The notes: generated by a model from the letters alone, not told the origin. A stretch of 41,583 bases of DNA from Clostridia bacterium (GCA_045603265.1 JAZULU010000150.1:1-41583); one strand, 5' to 3'; shown: positions 19,070 to 28,520, counted from the first letter of the stretch. A program made the numbers and translations.

Positions 19070-19258
19070 TTGAAAAAGAACAGATTGGGCGAAAAGTTTG
19101 ATAAAAGTAACGTTTGCGATCAGCCAATGGACTGTGCTGAAATGGTGAACAAGTACGGCACCTATAACATTCAGCCTACCTGCGATACGGAAAATTCTTT
19201 TCCCACCATTGCACAGGGGTATAGCAAAAAAGGAAAAAAGAGTATAAAAATAAACTGA
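19070..19258 (+). CDS. Small hypothetical protein
   Basis: ORF with RBS GAGGTG (19058-19063) before TTG at 19070. Core EMVNKYGTYNIQPTCDTENSFPTIAQG, followed by a hairpin. Confidence 0.7.
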   Translation: MKKNRLGEKFDKSNVCDQPMDCAEMVNKYGTYNIQPTCDTENSFPTIAQGYSKKGKKSIKIN

Positions 19259-19274
19259 GGCAGGATTTTTCCTG

Positions 19275-19292
19275 CCTTCAGAGCACTGACAA
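19275..19292 (+). repeat. Solo copy of the MITE left end
   Basis: CCTTCAGAGCACTGACAA is identical to 3588-3605 and again directly follows a hairpin. Confidence 0.75.
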
Positions 19293-19342
19293 CTTATAAT
19301 CTGCATAAAAAATATATAAGGGCGAACTATTTGGTTCGCCCG

Positions 19343-19846
19343 TTATGTTTTTTGAAGGGAGAAGGCGAAGTCTTCGACCTTCTCATATGCGATACGGGGA
19401 TCGCCGTTTTCAAGATAGATGATTCCGCATTTTTTGAAGCCGTTTTTATCTAAAACGTGTTGCATAACGGAATTATCTTCATGTGTGTCAATACGAAGAT
19501 GGGATGTATAGGGGGAAGCAAACTCTATCATTTTCGCAACCATGCCCTTTAATTTTCCACCGTTAGCAACGCGGTGAAAAACACCGTAAGGCTCGGAAGA
19601 AAGCCAACTTCCTTCAATATAAGAGTATGTTGGATCATCGCCTAAAAAGAAAACAAATACGCCCTCAATGCCGTTTTCGTCAAAAACGTAAAGACGGTCT
19701 TTTTTTATATCATCAATTAAAACTTCTCTTTGGGGATAGCCACCGTCCCATTGGTGCATATTGCCCGTCTTGCGCATAAAACTGCGGGCAAAATTAAAAA
19801 CTTCTTCTATTTTATCTAAATCATTATAAGTTGCTTTGCGTATCAT
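19343..19846 (-). CDS. GNAT-family N-acetyltransferase
   Basis: MIRKAT, QWDGGYP, VFHRVA, LRIDTHEDNSVMQ, GFKKCG. ATG at 19846 follows GAGGTG. Confidence 0.9.
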   Translation of the reverse strand: MIRKATYNDLDKIEEVFNFARSFMRKTGNMHQWDGGYPQREVLIDDIKKDRLYVFDENGIEGVFVFFLGDDPTYSYIEGSWLSSEPYGVFHRVANGGKLKGMVAKMIEFASPYTSHLRIDTHEDNSVMQHVLDKNGFKKCGIIYLENGDPRIAYEKVEDFAFSLQKT

Positions 19847-19908
19847 AAACTCACCTCTTTTTTGATAATACCATAAAGTGGAGTTTGTTGCAACAAAAAA
19901 AGGCTTTT

Positions 19909-21546
19909 TCAAGCCTTTTTAACAATTATAACCCAATCTTCTTTTGTAGGACGTTTAGGAAGTGTAAATGAGCCGTTCACTACTGTTGCAGGCATTTCTT
20001 CAAGATAGATATTTTTTCTCGGATCGTACCACTGATAAGTATAGGAAGCGTTTTTATCCATATTTTTAACTGTTCCCGTTATATCGGTTGTTACGTCGTC
20101 GATCTTATCATAAAAATATGCGATGTACAGTTCATCACCAATGTGCGCGCAGGAATAATAACCGTGATCTGCTTTAAAATGTTCATTTAGATCAAAACAA
20201 GGCTCTAAACGCCACCACTCAAATGTTTCAAAGAACTGTTTAAGATAACCCATTTCAATTCCGCCGGGAAGATCAATGGTTTTGCCCCAGGGAAGAAGTT
20301 TCTCTTCAACCGTCATTGTAAGACCGTCGCGGACTGTTGGATTTTTTATATCGTAAGAACTCTTATAAAGCCAAATATCAACTGCGCCGTAGCCGTGACC
20401 GTACATTCCGTTTAAAAAAGCAAGCCAGCCTTGGATTCTTGCACCAACTGAATTGGTCCATAAAAGTTCGTAACGTGCTTCATATACGATGGAGGGTTTG
20501 TTTTGACCGTTGAACCAATAGTCCATAGCACCTGTAAAATCAAGAGGGGCATTTAAAACGGGTTTCCATTGATTTGCCCACCAGGTGTGACCTTCAACAT
20601 CACGAAATGCGGAGTTTACTGCAGTAGTAAATTTGCCGATAAAGTAAGAGCCTTCCTGATGCCCCGAAATAGGCTGCTTTAATGGATCGTATTTATACAT
20701 CCATTTGCAAACGTCTTTATAGGGGTTGTTTTCTGCCGTCATGGTCTGATTGGTTTTTAAACATTCAAAATAGTAAAAATCATTATCGATTTCCTGACCT
20801 AACGTCCAGAGGCAGGGAAATGCTGAAAAACGTGCAACCCAATAACGGGAAAGATCATGAAGCAACGTTTTGTAATCGGGGTTAGTGTTCATAAGCGTTA
20901 TCATTTCTCGCGGAAAGAAAAACTGTGCGTTGGCGTGAACTAAACCTTGATCTGCAATATATTCATAATATTGATCGGCACGTTTTAAAGCGATAATGTC
21001 TTTTTCGTCAATGCCGTCCATCATGTTATAGCCCGTTTCGTTGGGCTCGGTCTGATAGACCGTATATCCTTGCTCAACACGCTTATCAACTATGTATTTA
21101 AAGTGGGAGTCACATTCTATATCGCAGGCGTGATCACCGGGGGAATCAAATTCTTCTGCCATAAAATTCCAATGGGTGTCGCCTAAATAGAAGAATGGAG
21201 TACCGTCAGCATAAACAAAATACTGTTTGTCGGGATGCGTTGTTACAAATCCGTGCTTAAATATTTCAAGATCGCCTGAATATTTTTTACACTCAACAGT
21301 TCCCGTAACGTTATCTAAAAAACTATCTTCTTTGCAAAGAGTTTTATATTCCCATGTGCCTGCTTGGGGAAGAGCAAAGCGCAAAACCCATTCTTTTTTT
21401 CCGTTCCAAAATCCGGGAACTAAAAGAGTTTTGTTGCCGTTGGTTATCTCCATATCAAGAATAACGTCATGAATGGGATTTTCATATTCTTTTGATGCAG
21501 AAAGAACTATTTGACATTTGCGCCACGTTTCAGCAAATAATTTCAT
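19909..21546 (-). CDS. DUF5060/DUF4038 (apiosidase-like, GH140-related) protein, no signal peptide
   Basis: VPGFWNG, RFALP..GTW, YADGTPFFYLGDTHW, YWVARFSA, YEARYE, GHGYG, WYDPR...EDWV C-terminal module. Confidence 0.8.
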   Translation of the reverse strand: MKLFAETWRKCQIVLSASKEYENPIHDVILDMEITNGNKTLLVPGFWNGKKEWVLRFALPQAGTWEYKTLCKEDSFLDNVTGTVECKKYSGDLEIFKHGFVTTHPDKQYFVYADGTPFFYLGDTHWNFMAEEFDSPGDHACDIECDSHFKYIVDKRVEQGYTVYQTEPNETGYNMMDGIDEKDIIALKRADQYYEYIADQGLVHANAQFFFPREMITLMNTNPDYKTLLHDLSRYWVARFSAFPCLWTLGQEIDNDFYYFECLKTNQTMTAENNPYKDVCKWMYKYDPLKQPISGHQEGSYFIGKFTTAVNSAFRDVEGHTWWANQWKPVLNAPLDFTGAMDYWFNGQNKPSIVYEARYELLWTNSVGARIQGWLAFLNGMYGHGYGAVDIWLYKSSYDIKNPTVRDGLTMTVEEKLLPWGKTIDLPGGIEMGYLKQFFETFEWWRLEPCFDLNEHFKADHGYYSCAHIGDELYIAYFYDKIDDVTTDITGTVKNMDKNASYTYQWYDPRKNIYLEEMPATVVNGSFTLPKRPTKEDWVIIVKKA

Positions 21547-21547
21547 G

Positions 21548-23944
21548 TTATTTCACCTTTTCAACCACTATTACCCAATCTTCGGCTGATGGTTTTTCAC
21601 CGATCACAAACTGACTGCCTTTTTCAATTTTTGTTTTTGAGCCTGAAACGTTTGTTCTGGGATTGTACCAATAATAGGTGTAGTCGGCATTTTCATCAAG
21701 ACCTTTTAAGGTGCCCGTCAGAACGGTGCCTTCTTTAGAAATGTCGTCATAAAGATATCCGATATAAAGATCGTTTTCGACCTTTGCAAAGGAATAGGTG
21801 CCTGTTTCACTTTCAAAAACGTTTTTATCATCAAATACGGGAATGAGATTCCACCACTCAAACTGTTCAAGGAATTCTTTCATATATCCCATTTGATAGC
21901 CGGACGGAAGTTCAATGGATTCACTCCAAGGCATTGCTTTTTCTTCTGTAGTTATTGTGATGCCGTCGCGGACAGTATCATTTTCGATATCGTAAGAACT
22001 CTTGTAAAGCCAAATGTCAACTGCACCGTAGCCGTGACCGTACATGCCGTTTAAGAAAGCAAGCCAGCCTTGAGCGCGGGCACCGTACTCTTTAGTCCAA
22101 AGGTTATCATATCTGCCTTCATAAACAACGGCAGGTTTACCTTGTCCGCTTGCCCAGTAATCTCTTGCACCTGAAAAATCAAGAGGCTGATTAAGCTTTG
22201 GCTTCCACTGGTTTGCCCACCATGAATGACCTGTAACGTTACGGAAAGCGGAGTTTGAAGGCGTAGTGTAATTAATTACTGTACTTGCACCTTCCTGGTG
22301 TGCGGAAATGGGACTTTTGTGTGGATCGTATTTATAAATACACTCACAAACGTGCTTCCATGGATTGACTTGGCTGTTCATGGTAGTGTTTGCTTTTGTG
22401 TTTTCGTTGTAATAATAGTCGTTATCAACTTCCTGAGCCAAAGTCCACATTACGGGATAGGCTGAGAAACGAGCAACCCAATAGCGTGAAAGTATATCAA
22501 GATAATCATTGTAGTTTTCCATTTGCATAATGGTTTCGTTCATGGTTGAAGCAAAGAAGAACTGTGCATTTGCGTGAACTAAGCCCATATCGGCAATATA
22601 TTTAAAGTATTTATCGGCATTTCTGAAACCGCTGATATCTGCTTGTGTTATACCGTTGGTAAGATCGAAGCCTGCACCGATAGGCTCACTCTGATAAACG
22701 GTGTATCCCTGGGAAACACGCTTGTTCACAATATATTTAAAGTGAGAAGTTGTGTCTATATCGCCTGCGTTACTGCCTGCTTTATCATATTCTTCCGTCA
22801 AAAAATTCCAATGTGTATCGCCTAAGTAGAAGAAGGGTGTGCCGTCATTATAAACAAAATATTTTTTGTTGGGATCAACTTTTATAAAACCGTGTTTGTA
22901 AATTGCAAGATCACCTGAATATTTTGTAACGTTGATAGTGCCGGAAATATTATGAAGTCCTGAATCGGCAGTATCTGAAAATACTGTTGTGAAAGACCAA
23001 GTACCTTCTGCGGGAAGTGCAAAACGAACATGCCAGATATTTTCACCGTCCCAGAAGCCGGGGACGATCATTTCGCTTTTGTCTTTTTTAAATATAACGT
23101 CAAATTTCGCGCTTGCAACGGGATCTTTAATATCTGTCTGTGCAATAAAAGTCATTTCGTTGGCGATCCACGTTTCGGTTTCGGTAATAAGTTTCTGTGT
23201 TTCGGGGGCAGATTCTCTTATTACTTTGCCGATAACAACGTTATCAATATAAATTTCTGTAACTGCTTCGTTTATCATGTGCATACACAAATGCCAACCG
23301 TGAGATTCGCCGTCAATATCCTCAGGTTGTACTTCAAGGGAAAATTCGACGGTCATCCAATCTTCAATATCTCCGTCAATGGTGGCAGAAACGGGGTAGC
23401 GGTAGTTATCATTGCTGGGACTTTTTACAATAAAGGAGTTTGCGTCCTCCGAGCCATTACCACGAATAATCATTTCAAATGGGGCGCCTGAAATGGTGTC
23501 AATATCTTCGCCACCCAATTTAATGCTGAAAGATATGTTGTATCTGCCTGCCTCTTTAATAACGGAAGCAAGATTTATTGCAGGCGATGACCATGCATTT
23601 TTACCTTCTGAATATTTTATACATTGCGTTCCGTCGGCAGAGAAAAGTTCAATTTTTCCGCTTGCGTAGCCAAACCAACCTGAATCTTTTACGTTGGTAA
23701 TGCCGTCAAAAGTTGCCTTCTCCTCAGGAAGTATATTTACAACGCGTTCAACAACGTCATTGTCGATAGCGTCGTTGGTTACGGGTTGTATTTTGTTGGG
23801 GACGGGCGTTGTTGTAGCCAAAACATCAACAGTAGGCTGTGCTTCTGCCGATGGATCAGGCGAAGTTTGAGTATTGTTGTTACAAGCAACTGCTATAAGA
23901 AAAATCACAAAAACAAGTAAAAGTGAAACAAAACGCTTGTTCAT
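21548..23944 (-). CDS. Lipoprotein with CBM-like domain and DUF5060/DUF4038 apiosidase-like module
   Basis: Lipobox-like IAVAC, P/T linker, beta-sandwich-like segment ending IYIDNV, then the same motifs as the downstream paralog. Confidence 0.8.
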   Translation of the reverse strand: MNKRFVSLLLVFVIFLIAVACNNNTQTSPDPSAEAQPTVDVLATTTPVPNKIQPVTNDAIDNDVVERVVNILPEEKATFDGITNVKDSGWFGYASGKIELFSADGTQCIKYSEGKNAWSSPAINLASVIKEAGRYNISFSIKLGGEDIDTISGAPFEMIIRGNGSEDANSFIVKSPSNDNYRYPVSATIDGDIEDWMTVEFSLEVQPEDIDGESHGWHLCMHMINEAVTEIYIDNVVIGKVIRESAPETQKLITETETWIANEMTFIAQTDIKDPVASAKFDVIFKKDKSEMIVPGFWDGENIWHVRFALPAEGTWSFTTVFSDTADSGLHNISGTINVTKYSGDLAIYKHGFIKVDPNKKYFVYNDGTPFFYLGDTHWNFLTEEYDKAGSNAGDIDTTSHFKYIVNKRVSQGYTVYQSEPIGAGFDLTNGITQADISGFRNADKYFKYIADMGLVHANAQFFFASTMNETIMQMENYNDYLDILSRYWVARFSAYPVMWTLAQEVDNDYYYNENTKANTTMNSQVNPWKHVCECIYKYDPHKSPISAHQEGASTVINYTTPSNSAFRNVTGHSWWANQWKPKLNQPLDFSGARDYWASGQGKPAVVYEGRYDNLWTKEYGARAQGWLAFLNGMYGHGYGAVDIWLYKSSYDIENDTVRDGITITTEEKAMPWSESIELPSGYQMGYMKEFLEQFEWWNLIPVFDDKNVFESETGTYSFAKVENDLYIGYLYDDISKEGTVLTGTLKGLDENADYTYYWYNPRTNVSGSKTKIEKGSQFVIGEKPSAEDWVIVVEKVK

Positions 23945-24073
23945 AAAATTCCTCCAAAAAACTTAATGTGGTATTAAGATAAGTTTAGCATATAAAAACA
24001 AGCATTTCAAGAACGAATTTCAAACATAAATATATCAAAACAAACATTTTACAAATTCCGATCTTTAAAATGC

Positions 24074-24102
24074 TTGTAAAAAAAAGAATTTTGTGTCATA
24101 AT
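24074..24102 (+). promoter_or_regulatory. SigA-like promoter of the 6S RNA
   Basis: TTGTAA-N17-CATAAT, 7 nt before the RNA closing stem. Confidence 0.6.
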
Positions 24103-24109
24103 ATATTTC

Positions 24110-24321
24110 GTCTGGAGCGTGCGTTACTTATCATTGTATAATACCCACATTATGCAAAAAGGGAGTGCCTGACTTAAGTGTCATGAGAAGCACTGCGGCA
24201 ATGCCAAGCCTCCATAATTCCTTCGCCGGAATTATGCTTTTGTGGAAGGCAGAAGCGTGCAGGCGGCACACCCACCTGTCGAGAGACGGGTGTTAGATGT
24301 GATAGGGACGGCGTTCTGGAC
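24110..24321 (+). ncRNA. ssrS: 6S RNA
   Basis: The 5' end GTCTGGAGCGT pairs with the 3' end GCGTTCTGGAC. Contains GGGAG and the CCCACCTG...CGGGT hairpin typical of Firmicute 6S RNA. Has its own promoter and a downstream terminator. Confidence 0.8.
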
Positions 24322-24334
24322 TTTTATAAAAAGC

Positions 24335-24376
24335 AAACCCCAAAGGATCCTAAAAATCCTCTTGGGGTGTTTTTTA
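24335..24376 (+). terminator. Terminator after the 6S RNA
   Basis: ACCCCAA..GGAT-loop-ATCC..TTGGGGT plus T run. Confidence 0.65.
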
Positions 24377-24446
24377 TATAAATTTTTAAATACACAAGTA
24401 TTTTTGGATAAAAAAATACTGCACCGTTTCGTGCAGTCTTTCTTCG

Positions 24447-24522
24447 TGGCACCCCCAAGGGGATTCGAACCCCTGTTGCTGCCGTGAGAGGGCAGTGTCC
24501 TAGGCCACTAGACCATGGAGGC
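24447..24522 (-). tRNA. tRNA-Glu (CTC)
   Basis: Cloverleaf with anticodon arm CTGCC-CTCTCAC-GGCAG, GTTCGAATC T-loop, encoded CCA and a G1:U72 wobble. Confidence 0.96.
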
Positions 24523-24525
24523 ATT

Positions 24526-24599
24526 TGGCTGCGGAACAAGGATTCGAACCTTGACAATACGAGTCAGAGTCGTAGGTGCTGCCGTTACACAATTCCGCA
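24526..24599 (-). tRNA. tRNA-Gln (CTG)
   Basis: Acceptor stem TGCGGAA/TTCCGCA, anticodon arm TACGA-CTCTGAC-TCGTA, GTTCGAATC, encoded CCA. Confidence 0.96.
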
Positions 24600-24620
24600 A
24601 TGTTTTTATTTAACGGTGCT

Positions 24621-24649
24621 ATTATATTTTAAATAAAAGGTTTTGTCAA
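24621..24649 (-). promoter_or_regulatory. Consensus SigA promoter of the tRNA pair
   Basis: TTGACA-N17-TATAAT on the minus strand. Confidence 0.8.
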
Positions 24650-24742
24650 GCATTTTTTTTGAAAAATAATCAAGAAATTTACATCGATAATGTTATATGT
24701 TCCAAAAATAAATAACGGAGCAATTTCTGCTCCGTTAACATT

Positions 24743-26608
24743 TTACTCTTCAACAAGAAATGCCACATAACTAAAAGCACTTATTGGTGCTGATAATGTT
24801 ATAACGTCATTCTCGAGTTTGCCAAAACAGTTTACAAACTCAATTTTAGAATATTTTTTATCAAGAGTAATAATCGGTTTTAAGATACTGTCAGCATGGC
24901 AGTTAAAAAGTGCTGCCGCCATTTTTTTGCCGTCTTTTGATTTTTTGGCTATAACGTAGAGATCGGGACTATTTTTTATTGTAACGGGAAGTTTTTTATG
25001 GGAGATCCATTCTATTGAATCCATAAAAAACTTCTGCATGAAATATCCTTGGAAAAATGCGGAATTATTGGATAAATACGTTGTATCCAAAAGCGTTACT
25101 GCAAATTTTTGACCTGATTGATTTTCATAAGTATAAGCCAAAGGAACATTATCGTCCGTTGAAAGTTTTACCGAAACGTTTTTGTTAAGTTTTGCAGTTA
25201 AAAAACGTGCATGTTGTCTGTTTAAGCAAGTAAGATGTTTGTCTTTTTCGGAATTTATTATAGAGATATCTTTTTCTGTAAAATCAATTATAGAATCAAT
25301 GCCCACGTCAATACCGCGCTTTGAAAGAATATAGGCGGAAATGCCGTCAAGCAACAGATTACCCGAAAAGTTAAAATCTTGCGCTTCCTGACCGAAAAGT
25401 GCAGTTACAATACCGTTATCTTCAAAAGAAGTTGGGATGGAAAGCATTGATAAAAATCTTGAAGCAAAGGGCAGGGGATAGTTGTTTTTATAAGCGCTTG
25501 CAAAGGAGAAATCGGCTTTTTCAAAAACTTTTTTATCGACGGGAGTATATACGCCTGCGGAAATTTTGTCTTCAAAAATTTCGCTTATTTTCTCAAGGGA
25601 GGGTAAATTGTATATATGATGCTCAAAATATCCCGATTCATAATCAACGGAAGAAAAATAATCGGACATATATTTTAAAATGCCGTTATAGTTGCCGTCA
25701 GCACGTATTGCACCATCGAAAATTTCAACAAAAGATGCAGGAGTTGAATATCTGGGACGGGGCCATGAATCGCCTTCTGCAAGAATTTCAACGTTATCGT
25801 CTTTTGCAAAATGGGCGAACATCCTTGAGATTTCGCAAACTATCGGCAAGGGCATTGAGCAATGCGCTGCCCAATATGGCGCAGGGTGAAGCCTTGCCAC
25901 AGCCTTATTTTTACCTGCAAGAATTTTTGCGATTTCCGTTGCGGAAGAACCGTCAACACCCCAAATACTGTGGGCGGCACAAAGGGCAACGGTAACGTTT
26001 TCATCAACTTTATCAACTTCGGCGCGAATGGTGTGAGCAAGTTTTTCAAGAGATTCTTTTTGCACAGAAAGCCACGCGTGCCTATATTTGTTGGGGCTAT
26101 CTTCAAAAGCCAGTTTTTTCAGTTGCTCTCTTGAAATATTTTTACCTAAAATTTCCGAGATTCTTTTCATGTGAAGGGGACAAGCACAACAGAATTCTTC
26201 ACCGTGCTGGGAAAGACGGTAATCGTCATCAAGGAAAATAAGTTTTATTCCGCTGTGTTTTGCGACTTCTCCAATATATTTTCCCGTTTTTATAGAAAAA
26301 TCTTCATCAAAAGGACAATGGGTGTCAAAAATAGCGTTGCCGTTAAGATCAATTAACGTTTGTCCCGTTTCACCGTCGCCCTCAAGACCGGGAAATGCCG
26401 ATCCGTGACCAATGGTTGAGCCTATCCATGCGGCAACTTCAATATGATTTTCTTCAAAAAATATGCGGTTTTTTCTTAAAAGTTCAAGATCGTTGTCAAC
26501 TATAAGAAAAACTCTTTGAACTTTAGACTCTTTTAACAGAGCAAGATATTTGTTTTTTGTTTTTTCCGTAACAAGATGATTCATTAAAGGAACGGATGTT
26601 TTATACAT
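24743..26608 (-). CDS. Hypothetical 621-aa protein, possibly glycoside-hydrolase-like
   Basis: Long ORF with RBS GGAGG and downstream hairpin (24713-24737). FLDDDYRL and CCACPLH motifs. No signal peptide. Confidence 0.7.
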   Translation of the reverse strand: MYKTSVPLMNHLVTEKTKNKYLALLKESKVQRVFLIVDNDLELLRKNRIFFEENHIEVAAWIGSTIGHGSAFPGLEGDGETGQTLIDLNGNAIFDTHCPFDEDFSIKTGKYIGEVAKHSGIKLIFLDDDYRLSQHGEEFCCACPLHMKRISEILGKNISREQLKKLAFEDSPNKYRHAWLSVQKESLEKLAHTIRAEVDKVDENVTVALCAAHSIWGVDGSSATEIAKILAGKNKAVARLHPAPYWAAHCSMPLPIVCEISRMFAHFAKDDNVEILAEGDSWPRPRYSTPASFVEIFDGAIRADGNYNGILKYMSDYFSSVDYESGYFEHHIYNLPSLEKISEIFEDKISAGVYTPVDKKVFEKADFSFASAYKNNYPLPFASRFLSMLSIPTSFEDNGIVTALFGQEAQDFNFSGNLLLDGISAYILSKRGIDVGIDSIIDFTEKDISIINSEKDKHLTCLNRQHARFLTAKLNKNVSVKLSTDDNVPLAYTYENQSGQKFAVTLLDTTYLSNNSAFFQGYFMQKFFMDSIEWISHKKLPVTIKNSPDLYVIAKKSKDGKKMAAALFNCHADSILKPIITLDKKYSKIEFVNCFGKLENDVITLSAPISAFSYVAFLVEE

Positions 26609-26775
26609 AAATGTTCGCCTCCGATACTTTAATGATACTATAACAAAGTTAAAAATGCAATGAATATATTTAAAAATGCAATTTTATTAAAAAACACAAT
26701 GTGATATATTGTAAAACGATGTTGTCAATTTTTAAAAATATAGTATAATAATTGTATATTTTGTGAGGTAATATT

Positions 26776-27648
26776 ATGTTTGATTATATTGCATTGTTTG
26801 CTTCTGCATTTACGATTATGATTCAGCACGTTTTCAGGCAGAAATTCAATGAAAAAGGCGCGAAAAACACCCTTTTATTTTCTGCTATAACTGCTTTTAC
26901 GGCGATGTTTGTTTTTGCCGTAACCAATACTGATTGGACTTATGATATAAAATATCTTATCTTCTCGTCGATTTTTGCGTTATCTTACGGTACAGCGGTG
27001 GTTACGTCCTTATTGGCACTTCTGTACGGCCCGGTTGCAAAAACATCTTTGGTTTCTGCATGTTCATTGATAATCCCCAGCCTTTACGGCGTTATAAAGC
27101 AGGGCGTCATTGATGGGGATAAAGATGCTTTTTCCCTGACACTTATTATCGGTCTTATTCTTGTAACGGTATCATTATTTCTTGTAAATAACGAAAAAGA
27201 TGATAAAAAACCTACTTTAAAATGGGTGATATGTGTAGCGTTGTGCTTTTTAAGTAACGGCGTAAGTTCGGTAGTTCAAGTTGTAAAACAGGAAATGTAC
27301 GGCCCAGAATGTAATAACGTTTTTATGATAGTTGCTTTTTTGATGGTAAGCGTTGTACTGTTTATAGCAAGTTTATCCAAAAAAGAAATGCGACTTGAAG
27401 CGGGGGATACTCTTAAAAAAGGCTGGTTACTTGCTATTCTTTGCGGTGCCGCCAACGGAATTACAAACTTCTTCTCCCTTGTTTTAAGCGGAAAACTTCC
27501 TGCATCCATAGTCTTCCCCGTAATGTCAGGCGGAAGTATGTTTCTTGTGTTTATTTGGTCGTTCTTTATTAAAAAGGAAAGATATACACCTATTCAGTAC
27601 GTTGGCTACGGTTTAGGTCTTATCTCAATCGTTCTTTTAAATCTTTAG
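26776..27648 (+). CDS. EamA/DMT-superfamily transporter
   Basis: About 10 TM segments in two repeats. ALLYGP and LPASIVFP...KKER motifs. Confidence 0.85.
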   Translation: MFDYIALFASAFTIMIQHVFRQKFNEKGAKNTLLFSAITAFTAMFVFAVTNTDWTYDIKYLIFSSIFALSYGTAVVTSLLALLYGPVAKTSLVSACSLIIPSLYGVIKQGVIDGDKDAFSLTLIIGLILVTVSLFLVNNEKDDKKPTLKWVICVALCFLSNGVSSVVQVVKQEMYGPECNNVFMIVAFLMVSVVLFIASLSKKEMRLEAGDTLKKGWLLAILCGAANGITNFFSLVLSGKLPASIVFPVMSGGSMFLVFIWSFFIKKERYTPIQYVGYGLGLISIVLLNL

Positions 27649-27659
27649 GAGTAAAAAAC

Positions 27660-28385
27660 ATGTTTTCAGCATTAACGGGCGTTTTTATAAACGTAGGTGC
27701 CATAATTGCAGGAAGTCTTTTGGGACTTGTGTTTAAAAAAGGAATTCCCGAAAAATACGCAAAGGCAATAACTACTGCAATCGGTTTGTGCGTTGTGTTT
27801 ATCGGAATTTCGGGGGCATTGCGCACCGAAGAAATAAATGGCCAAACGGAAAGTGCAAACCCTTTAATATTAATTATTGCAATGATCTTCGGTATTGTTG
27901 TTGGCGAACTTTTAAAAATTGATGACCGTCTTAACTCTTTAGGTGAAAAACTTGAAAAAAAGTTTTCAAGCGGTCAGGGCGATTTTGCCAAAGGATTTGT
28001 TAATTCCACACTTTTATTCTGTGTTGGCGCAATGGCAATAACCGGTTCAATGGAATCGGCACTTGAAAATAATCACAGCACCTTAATTGCAAAATCTGTG
28101 CTTGACGGTATAAACTCAATCGTGTTTGCCGCAAATATGGGCATCGGTGTTATTTTCTCGGCAGTAGCGGTACTTATCTATCAGGGCGGAATTGCCCTTG
28201 CTACATACTTTGTAGGGGCGGAGTTCTTAACGCCAATTATGAATCTTCACTTGATCGCAACGGGGTCGCTTATTATTATGGCACTTGGCCTTAATATGCT
28301 TGGTGTAACAAAAATCAAAGTTGCAAACTTCCTTCCTGCCATATTTGTTGCGCCCTTGATAACATTTATATTATCATTGTTTTAG
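27660..28385 (+). CDS. DUF554-family membrane protein
   Basis: GVFINVGAIIAGSLLG, LFCVGAMAITGS, KSVLDG, KIKVANFLPA. Confidence 0.92.
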   Translation: MFSALTGVFINVGAIIAGSLLGLVFKKGIPEKYAKAITTAIGLCVVFIGISGALRTEEINGQTESANPLILIIAMIFGIVVGELLKIDDRLNSLGEKLEKKFSSGQGDFAKGFVNSTLLFCVGAMAITGSMESALENNHSTLIAKSVLDGINSIVFAANMGIGVIFSAVAVLIYQGGIALATYFVGAEFLTPIMNLHLIATGSLIIMALGLNMLGVTKIKVANFLPAIFVAPLITFILSLF

Positions 28386-28506
28386 TTTAAATGCGTTTGT
28401 TTTAACGAAAGCGGAAATGATCCACCCTATCAGGGGTTCCTTTTTGCATATTGAATTGCGTGATTCATCAGGTAATAAGGCATATACGAATCCTATATAT
28501 CTGTAA
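28386..28506 (+). pseudogene. C-terminal remnant of a probable PHP/CehA-McbA-like metallohydrolase
   Basis: The frame reads ...FLHIELRDSSGNKAYTNPIYL* with stop at 28504-28506. No RBS-supported start and no room for the rest of the gene. Confidence 0.5.
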
Positions 28507-28520
28507 AACGCTTTTTTGAT

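Noticed and set aside
24110-24321. T-box or riboswitch leader; ORFs 24242..24487 and 24324..24557
   Set aside because: No downstream gene on that strand, end-to-end pairing fits 6S RNA, and the ORFs overlap the RNA genes.
24447-24599. tRNA-anchored genomic island
   Set aside because: No integrase and no duplicated tRNA 3' end seen in the window.
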